Shown: piece by piece, positions 1 to 6,080 of the stretch
How the letters are laid out: every line of letters starts with the position of its first letter
Numbering within the stretch: position 1 is the stretch's first letter
Source of the DNA: Polyangia bacterium
GTDB lineage: Bacteria; Myxococcota_A; Polyangia; Fen-1088
Length of the DNA: 57,923 nucleotides
NCBI GenBank assembly: GCA_036557265.1
Contig: DATBHU010000095.1
Location: 1-57,923 of the forward strand
Direction of reading: 5' to 3'
Notes under the pieces: model-generated
Database searches by the model: none
The model's input: only the letters and a program-made list of their open reading frames with translations
What the model was told of the DNA's origin: nothing
Made by a program: the position numbers and the translations under genes

Positions 1-5
1 AGTCG

Positions 6-767
6 GTGACCTTCGGCACGGTCCTCGAGGGCGGGCGCGAGTATCCGCTGCTCGGCCTGACGACGGCCGGAGCGCGCTCCGTCGTCATCACGGCCGGTTT
101 CCACGGCGACGAGAAGGCGGGGCCGCTGACGCTCCTGGAACATGCTTCCGAGATCGTCGCCTACGCCGCCGAGCGGGGCGTCGGCCTCGCGATCTATCCG
201 TGCGTGAACCCTTCGGGTTTCGAGGCGCACACGCGCTACAACGTCACCGGCGAGCGCCCCAACAACGACTTCCTCCGCTACGAGACCGTGCCAGGGACGT
301 GGCGCGGCGAGCTGCGCGACGGCGAGACGTTCCTGCGCGTCGCGCCCGCCGGTGACGGCATCCCGAAGGAGACCGCGGCGCTGGCGCGCGAGCTGGACGC
401 CCAGCCGATGCCGTACGCGGCGCTGGACCTGCACCAGGACAACTTCATCCACGGATCGCTGTTCTACGCGTACATCTTCGGCGACCGCGCCAGCTACCGG
501 CCGCTGGTCGCCCGGTCGGGCGCGCTGGTGCCCGTCCTGCGCAGCAGCATCGTCGATTCCGGACACGAGCCGGGCACCGACGTGCGGGCGGACGCCGAGG
601 GGTTCATCGTCTGCCACGACGGCAGCGTCACCGACCGCTTCCACCGGGCCGGCGTCCCCTATACCGCGGCCATCGAGACGACCACCGAGACCCCCTGGCC
701 GCTGGCCGACGAGATCAACCTGATCTGGATCCGGGGCTTCATCGACCTGGCGGCCGAGGCGGCCTGA
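6..767 (+). CDS. M14-like zinc carboxypeptidase / succinylglutamate desuccinylase-aspartoacylase superfamily protein (5' end may lie off-window)
   Basis: 253-aa ORF with ITAGFHGDEKAGP (HxxE zinc-site context) and LDLHQD further on. The frame is open to the window edge. Confidence 0.5.
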   Translation: MTFGTVLEGGREYPLLGLTTAGARSVVITAGFHGDEKAGPLTLLEHASEIVAYAAERGVGLAIYPCVNPSGFEAHTRYNVTGERPNNDFLRYETVPGTWRGELRDGETFLRVAPAGDGIPKETAALARELDAQPMPYAALDLHQDNFIHGSLFYAYIFGDRASYRPLVARSGALVPVLRSSIVDSGHEPGTDVRADAEGFIVCHDGSVTDRFHRAGVPYTAAIETTTETPWPLADEINLIWIRGFIDLAAEAA

Positions 768-800
768 ACAGCCCTCCTGCACGGCCGGCCTAGGCAAACC

Positions 801-829
801 GGGCACTTTGGGGTAAATACCCGCCCTTC
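801..829 (+). promoter_or_regulatory. candidate sigma70-like promoter (TAGGCA-N17-TAAATA) upstream of the 862-3050 operon
   Basis: AT-rich hexamers with 17-nt spacing in an otherwise GC-rich 95-nt intergenic region. Both hexamers are weak matches. Confidence 0.2.
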
Positions 830-861
830 GCAGTCAAGCGACGAAGGAGAAGCGTGGCCCC

Positions 862-1380
862 ATGGCGGCAGCAGCAGAAGCAGTGAAGACGAGCCCGCTC
901 GCGCGGGTGAAGGAAGAGTTCGGCGGCAAGGACAAGCTGGTCGACAAGATTGTCGGCGTGCTCGATTCGGACGAGAGCAAGGACGAGCTGCGCAAGCGCC
1001 TCCTCGGCGTCGCGAACTCGAAGCTGATCCGGCTGTTCTCGGTCGCGACCAAGACGAAGCAGGCCGGCGGCCACGACAAGCTGGTGGTGGCCACAGCCGA
1101 GAAGCTGAATCGCGCCAAGGACAAGGACTACGTCGCCAAGCTGGGCGAGTACTCGGACGGCCGGCTGCTCGACACGCTGCAGGCGGCGGAGCGCCGCAAC
1201 GGCGGCGGTGCCGCGGCGGCGAAGGCCGACGGCAGCAAGCCGCCGGTGGCGAAGGCGGCCCGGCCGGCGCGGCCTGCGGCGGCGAAGCCTGCCGCCAAGG
1301 CCGAGAAGCCGGCCGCCAAAGTGGATAGGAAGCCCGCGGCGAAGGGCCGAAAGCCGGCCGCGAAGAAGAAGAAGCGCTAA
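862..1380 (+). CDS. hypothetical protein with C-terminal Lys/Ala/Pro-rich histone H1-like tail
   Basis: 172 aa. GAAGGAGAAG Shine-Dalgarno upstream. The C-terminal ~55 aa are AAKP/KPAAK repeats ending KKKKR. It lies 14 nt upstream of the first BMC-P gene. Confidence 0.6.
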   Translation: MAAAAEAVKTSPLARVKEEFGGKDKLVDKIVGVLDSDESKDELRKRLLGVANSKLIRLFSVATKTKQAGGHDKLVVATAEKLNRAKDKDYVAKLGEYSDGRLLDTLQAAERRNGGGAAAAKADGSKPPVAKAARPARPAAAKPAAKAEKPAAKVDRKPAAKGRKPAAKKKKR

Positions 1381-1393
1381 CCGCGGGTCGGGC

Positions 1394-1693
1394 ATGTTCT
1401 TGGGCCGGGTCGTCGGGCGGCTCTGGGCGTCGCGCCAGGCGGCCGGCCTGGCCGGGCGCAAGCTGCTGCTCGTCCGGCCCGAGACGGCGACGGGCGGCGA
1501 GTCGGCGCGGCTGGTGGTCGCCGTGGACGGCCTGGCGGCTGGCCCCGGCGACCGCGTCATCGTCGCGCACGGAACCCGCGTTCGCGACCTGACCGTGGGC
1601 GTCGACGTCGCCGACAAGGACATCGTCATCGGCATCGTCGACGGTCACGACCTCGACGCCGGCAGCGCGGGCAACGTGGGTCGCCAGCGATGA
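1394..1693 (+). CDS. EutN/CcmL-family microcompartment vertex protein (BMC-P) paralog 1
   Basis: Starts MFLGRVVGRLWAS, then KLLLVRP and DGLAAGPGDRVIV. The ATG at 1394 is internal to track ORF 1208..1693. Its stop overlaps the next start (ATGA at 1690-1693). Confidence 0.85.
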   Translation: MFLGRVVGRLWASRQAAGLAGRKLLLVRPETATGGESARLVVAVDGLAAGPGDRVIVAHGTRVRDLTVGVDVADKDIVIGIVDGHDLDAGSAGNVGRQR

Positions 1694-2034
1694 TCCTCGG
1701 GCGCGTGATCGGGGAGGTCTGGGCGACGCGCCGCGATCCGCGGCTGGCGCGGGCGAAGCTGCTGGTGGTGAGGCCGCACGCGATCTACGAGCCGGCGTTC
1801 GCGACCCGCCACTTGGTGGCGACCGACGACGTCGACGCGGGCGTGGGCGACGACGTGGTGATCTGCCTGGGCGCGCCGGCGCGCGCGTCGCTGGGCAGCA
1901 ACGACATGCCGGTCGACGCGGCCGTGCTGGGCGTCGTCGATCGCGTCGAGCTGTCCGCCGAAGCCCAGGCGGCGCCCGGCGCCGCGCCCGGGATCAAGCG
2001 CGCGCTCGGCGTGCCGGGCGGGACGTCGCGATGA
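1690..2034 (+). CDS. EutN/CcmL-family BMC-P paralog 2
   Basis: MILGRVIGEVWATR..KLLVVRP..DDVDAGVGDDVVI..PVDAAVLGVVDRVEL, a close match to the CcmL/EutN pattern. ATGA overlaps on both sides. Confidence 0.9.
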   Translation: MILGRVIGEVWATRRDPRLARAKLLVVRPHAIYEPAFATRHLVATDDVDAGVGDDVVICLGAPARASLGSNDMPVDAAVLGVVDRVELSAEAQAAPGAAPGIKRALGVPGGTSR

Positions 2035-2303
2035 TCCGCGGGACGGTGATCGGGCAGGTGTGGGCGACGCGCAAGGCGCGCGGGCTGGAAGGCCAGACCT
2101 TGCTACTGGTGGCGGCGCGCGACGCGGACGGGCGCGCGACCGGCCGGCTGGTGGTCGCGAGCGACACGCTGGACGCGCGCGAGGGCGAGGACGTCACGGT
2201 CGCGTTCGGCTCGGGCGCGCGCAACGTGCTTCGCCCCGGCCCCGACAACCGCGATCTGCTGTGCGATGCGGCGATCGCCACCATCGTGGAAGGAGCGGGC
2301 TAG
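2031..2303 (+). CDS. EutN/CcmL-family BMC-P paralog 3
   Basis: MIRGTVIGQVWATRK..TLLLV..SDTLDAREGEDVTVAFGSGAR, 90 aa. Confidence 0.85.
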   Translation: MIRGTVIGQVWATRKARGLEGQTLLLVAARDADGRATGRLVVASDTLDAREGEDVTVAFGSGARNVLRPGPDNRDLLCDAAIATIVEGAG

Positions 2304-2304
2304 C

Positions 2305-2646
2305 ATGTTTCTCGGACGCGTCGCGGGTACGGTCTGGTCGACGGTGAAGTGGCCGGAGGCGAAGGGCGTGAAGCTGTTGCTGGTCCGCCCCTACCGGCTC
2401 GGCGATCTGCCGCCCGGCGTGGTCCCCGCCGCGCCACCCGGCGGCGGCGCGCCGTCGGAGCCCACGGACGATCTGGTGGTCTGCGCCGACACGCTGGACG
2501 CCGGCCCGGGCGACGACGTGATCGTCGCGTTCGGGCACGCGGCGCGCGTCGCGGTCAGCGATAAGCTGCCGCCCGGCAGCAAGCCGATGGTGCCGATCGA
2601 CGCGGCGGTCGTGGCGGTGGTCGACCGCGTGGAGATCGCGCGGTGA
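2305..2646 (+). CDS. EutN/CcmL-family BMC-P paralog 4 (with Pro/Gly-rich internal insertion)
   Basis: MFLGRVAGTVWSTVK..KLLLVRP..ADTLDAGPGDDVIVAFGHAAR..PIDAAVVAVVDRVEI. The ATG at 2305 is internal to track ORF 2266..2646. Confidence 0.9.
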   Translation: MFLGRVAGTVWSTVKWPEAKGVKLLLVRPYRLGDLPPGVVPAAPPGGGAPSEPTDDLVVCADTLDAGPGDDVIVAFGHAARVAVSDKLPPGSKPMVPIDAAVVAVVDRVEIAR

Positions 2647-3050
2647 GGGACGCCGATCTGCGCCGCATCGTCGCGGAGATCACCCGCGAGATCACGGCAC
2701 GCGAAGGCACGGCGCGGGAAGGGACCGCGCGGGAAGGGACGGCGCGCGCGAAGGCGACGGCCGCCGACGCACGGCGCGGCGGGCGCGCGGTCGTCACCAC
2801 CACCGGCAAGAACCAGCGCGGCATCGTGGCGCGGATCGCGCAAGCGATCGCCGACGCGGGCGGCGACATCGTCGACATCTCCCAGACGCTGGTGTCCGAC
2901 TACTTCACGATGATCATCATCGTCGACACCAGCGCGCTGTCGGTGCCGTTCGCCGAGTTCAAGGCGCGGCTCGAGCGCACGGTGGCGGCGGCGGGCGCCG
3001 AGTGTCTGGTCATGCACGAAGAGGTCGTGAACGCCCTGCAGCGCGTGTAG
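2643..3050 (+). CDS. ACT-domain protein of the UPF0237 type with a ~47-aa N-terminal extension (amphipathic helix plus (TAREG)x3 linker)
   Basis: The core AVVTTTGKNQRGIVARIAQAIADAGGDIVDISQTLVSDYFTMIIIVD...VMHEEVVNALQRV matches the ~90-aa UPF0237 ACT family. The GTG start overlaps the BMC-P4 stop (GTGA). There is no other in-frame ATG, GTG or TTG before the ACT core. Confidence 0.8.
   Translation: MRDADLRRIVAEITREITAREGTAREGTAREGTARAKATAADARRGGRAVVTTTGKNQRGIVARIAQAIADAGGDIVDISQTLVSDYFTMIIIVDTSALSVPFAEFKARLERTVAAAGAECLVMHEEVVNALQRV
2694..2747 (+). repeat. 15-bp coding tandem repeat, 3.6 units, encoding (TAREG)n
   Basis: acggcacgcgaaggc / acggcgcgggaaggg / accgcgcgggaaggg / acggcgcgc, read directly from the sequence. 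Confidence 0.9.
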
Positions 3051-3213
3051 CGCGACCGCTCCTGCGGCGCGCAGCGGCTAGCGGACAGCCGCGCGGTGTC
3101 CGGGGCTCCACGTCTCGAGCGCGTCGGCCGCCGCGGCAGCCGGTAACGGCCAATCCTTTCCTGATGTTGCGGGGCCCTGCCCGTCGACCTCCGGGATTCT
3201 GGTCGCAATGGTG

Positions 3214-3247
3214 TCCGGACCGGCCCCGGCCGGAGCGGCATTTTTTT
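3214..3247 (+). terminator. possible intrinsic terminator downstream of the BMC-P/ACT operon
   Basis: A GC-rich hairpin (TCCGGaCC...GGCCGGA) is followed after 6 nt by T7 (3241-3247), a tract that is very rare in this GC-rich DNA. The spacer between stem and T-tract is longer than canonical. Confidence 0.3.
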
Positions 3248-3357
3248 GCCGGTCGACCGGCGATCCGTCGCCGGGGGGCCGGGACTGAGCACTTTGCAGC
3301 GCGGGTCTATCGCGCTATCTAGGAAGGACGGACGGACCCGCCGGCAGCCCGGATTCC

Positions 3358-4458
3358 ATGAAATACAGGCTCACGGAAAAGATCGGAAGCGGCGGGATGG
3401 CCGAGGTGTTTCGGGCCGTGGGCATCGGCCCCGAGCGGTTCGAGCGGCCGTTCGTCGTCAAGCGGATCCACCCGCGGCTGTCCGGGGCGCCCGAGTTCGT
3501 GCGCATGTTCGTCGACGAGGCGACGATCTCGGCGCGGCTGATCCACCCGAACATCGTCCAGGTGTTCGAGTTCGCGCTTCACGACGGCGCCTACTACCTT
3601 GTGATGGAGCCGGTCGACGGCATCGACATGGGGTGGTTGCTGCGCCGGCGCATCGAGCGGCCGAGCGAGCAGCTGTCGCCCGCGTTCGTCGCGGAGGTGG
3701 GGCGCCAGGTCTGCCGCGGCCTCGAGTTCGCCCACACGCTGGCGGACACCGACGGCAAGCCGCTGGACATCGTCCACCGCGACGTGACGCCGCCGAACAT
3801 CATGGTGGCCTGGAACGGCACCGTGAAGATCCTGGATTTCGGGCTGGCGCGCGCGGCGGAGGCGCTGCGCCTGCATCAGAGCGACGCCGGGATGATCCGG
3901 GGAAAGATGTCCTATCTGGCCCCCGAGCTGCTGCAGGGGGCGCAGGCGGACGCGCGCTCGGACCTGTTCTCGCTCGGCGTCGTCATGCACGAGCTGCTGT
4001 CGGGCCAGCGGCTGTTCGTCGGCGGCAACGACTTCGAGACGCTGCAGCAGGTGCAGTCGATGGCGATCCCGCGGCCGTCCAGCCGCAACCCGGGCGTCAA
4101 GCCGGCGCTGGACGCGGTCGTGATGCGCGCGCTCGAGCGCGAGCCCGCGCGGCGCTACAAGTCGGCGGCCGAGATGGGGGACGAGCTGGAGGCGCTGGTG
4201 CTGCGCAAGAACTACTCGCCGCGCGCCCTGGCCCGCAAGGCGCTGGAGCTCGGGGAGCAGGACACGCCGGCGCAGAAGGCGCGGCCGACGCCGCTGGCCG
4301 GGGCGGCGCCCGAGGAGATCGGCCGCGAGGACTCGACGGCGGTCGTCGACGAATCGCGCAGCGCCGAGGTGATGGCGGCCGCCCCGACCGGGACGGGCGA
4401 GGCGCGCGCCCAGCGCGGCCTGCGGCGCTGGCTCGCGTTCGGTAAAGCGAAAAACTGA
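3358..4458 (+). CDS. Hanks-type Ser/Thr protein kinase: catalytic domain, low-complexity linker and short C-terminal amphipathic helix
   Basis: GSGGMAEV glycine loop, VVKRI lysine, HRDVTPPN, DFGLAR and SYLAPE motifs are all present, so it is predicted active. No TM or sensor domain. Confidence 0.9.
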   Translation: MKYRLTEKIGSGGMAEVFRAVGIGPERFERPFVVKRIHPRLSGAPEFVRMFVDEATISARLIHPNIVQVFEFALHDGAYYLVMEPVDGIDMGWLLRRRIERPSEQLSPAFVAEVGRQVCRGLEFAHTLADTDGKPLDIVHRDVTPPNIMVAWNGTVKILDFGLARAAEALRLHQSDAGMIRGKMSYLAPELLQGAQADARSDLFSLGVVMHELLSGQRLFVGGNDFETLQQVQSMAIPRPSSRNPGVKPALDAVVMRALEREPARRYKSAAEMGDELEALVLRKNYSPRALARKALELGEQDTPAQKARPTPLAGAAPEEIGREDSTAVVDESRSAEVMAAAPTGTGEARAQRGLRRWLAFGKAKN

Positions 4459-4667
4459 ACCGACGCTGTCCGTCAGGGCGCGACTCGGGGCAGGCCCCGA
4501 CGTCTCTCCTGGTGCGGCGCGGGAGGGTGTGTCTGCTCGCGAGGTCGGTGTGTAACCCCGCGCCGCTTATTTCTCACCGCGCCTTCAGCGGCGCACCGAG
4601 CCGCCGAGTCGAAAGGCGCGCGGCTGAAGCCGGCCGACAGGAGCGGCGCGGGCGGCGTTCGTTCGAC

Positions 4668-4682
4668 TATATAGTGCGCGGA
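4668..4682 (+). promoter_or_regulatory. -10-like TATATAGT element 6-7 nt upstream of the UPF0210 ATG (possible leaderless transcript)
   Basis: gacTATATAGTgcgcggATG. There is no Shine-Dalgarno sequence between the element and the ATG at 4682. Confidence 0.3.
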
Positions 4683-6076
4683 TGCCCGCCGGCCCCCTGC
4701 GCTTCGACGCCACCGAGGTGCGCGAGGTGCTGCGCATGATCGAGAGTGAGAGCCTGGACGTGCGGGCGGTGACCATGGGCGTGTCGCTGCGCGACACGGC
4801 CAGCGACGATCTGCAGCGGACCTGCGGGCGCATCTACGAGAAGCTGATGCGCGCGGCCGAGCGGCTGGTGCCGACCACCAAGGCCGTGCACGACGACTTC
4901 GCCGTGCCGATCACGTCGACCCGGCTGTCGGTGACGCCGCTGGCGCTGGTGACCGAGTCGGCGCGCGCGCCGCGCGTGGTGCCGGCCGCGCTGGCGCTGG
5001 ACCGCGCCGCGGGCGAGCTGGGGGTCGACTACATCGGCGGCTTCTCGGCGCTGGTCGAGAAGGGGATCACGCCCGGCGACCGCGCGCTGATCGATTCGAT
5101 CCCCGAGGCGCTGTCGCAGACGACGCGCGTCTGCTCGTCGATCAACGTGGCCAGCACGCGCGCCGGCATCAACACCGACGCGGTGCTGGAGATGGGCCGC
5201 GTGATCAAGGGCGTGGCCGAGGCGACGGCGGCCGGCGGCGGCATCGGCTGCGCGCGCCTGGTGACGTTCGCGAACATCCCCGACGACAACCCGTTCGTGG
5301 CGGGCGCGATGCACGGCGTGGGCGAGGGCGAGTGCGTGATCAACGTCGGCTGCTCCGGGCCGGGGGTGGTGCTGTCGGCGCTCAAGCGGCTGCGCGCGGC
5401 GGGTGAGGCCTACGACGTCGCGACCATCGCGGAGACGATCAAGCGGATGGCGTTCAAGGTGACGCGCGCGGGTGAGCTGATCGGACGCGAGGTGGCGCGC
5501 CGCCTCGGCCCGCCCGTGCGCTTCGGCGTCGTCGACCTGTCGCTGGCGCCGACGCCGGCGGTGGGCGATTCGGTGGCGGAGATCCTGGAGGCGATGGGGA
5601 TCGAGAAGGCGGGCGCGCCGGGATCGGTCGCGGCGCTGGCGCTGCTGACCGACGCGGTCAAGAAGGGCGGCGTGATGGCGTCGTCGGCGGTGGGCGGGCT
5701 GTCGGGGGCGTTCATCCCGGTCAGCGAGGACGCGGGCATGGTGGCGGCGGCGCGCGCCGGCGCGCTGTCGATCGAGCGCCTGGAGAGCATGAGCGCGGTC
5801 TGCTCGGTCGGGCTGGACATGGTGGCGGTCCCGGGAGACACGACGGCCGAGACGCTGGCCGCCATCATCGTCGACGAGATCGCGATCGGCGTGTTCAACA
5901 ACAAGGCGACGGGCGTGCGCATCATCCCGGTGCCGGGCAAGCAAGCGGGCGAATCCGTCAACTACGGCGGGCTGCTGGGCGAGGCCTACGTGCAGCCTGT
6001 CAGCCGCTTCCGCGGCGACGGCTTCGTGCGGCTGGGCGGGCGCATTCCGGCGCCGCTGCAGGCGCTGCGCAACTGA
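4682..6076 (+). CDS. UPF0210 (DUF711) family protein, the usual partner of UPF0237 ACT proteins
   Basis: 464 aa. The N-terminus EVREVLRMIESESLDVRAVTMGVSLRD and C-terminus GGRIPAPLQALRN are typical of UPF0210. Confidence 0.8.
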   Translation: MPAGPLRFDATEVREVLRMIESESLDVRAVTMGVSLRDTASDDLQRTCGRIYEKLMRAAERLVPTTKAVHDDFAVPITSTRLSVTPLALVTESARAPRVVPAALALDRAAGELGVDYIGGFSALVEKGITPGDRALIDSIPEALSQTTRVCSSINVASTRAGINTDAVLEMGRVIKGVAEATAAGGGIGCARLVTFANIPDDNPFVAGAMHGVGEGECVINVGCSGPGVVLSALKRLRAAGEAYDVATIAETIKRMAFKVTRAGELIGREVARRLGPPVRFGVVDLSLAPTPAVGDSVAEILEAMGIEKAGAPGSVAALALLTDAVKKGGVMASSAVGGLSGAFIPVSEDAGMVAAARAGALSIERLESMSAVCSVGLDMVAVPGDTTAETLAAIIVDEIAIGVFNNKATGVRIIPVPGKQAGESVNYGGLLGEAYVQPVSRFRGDGFVRLGGRIPAPLQALRN

Positions 6077-6080
6077 GTTG

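Noticed and set aside
352-723. Short alternative-frame ORFs nested in the first kilobases (352..723, 834..1124, 1128..1319, 1785..1997, 2060..2347, 2349..2564).
   Set aside because: All are nested in other frames or strands of ORFs with clear homology (the M14-like and BMC-P genes). All have Arg/Pro/Ser-rich artefact composition.
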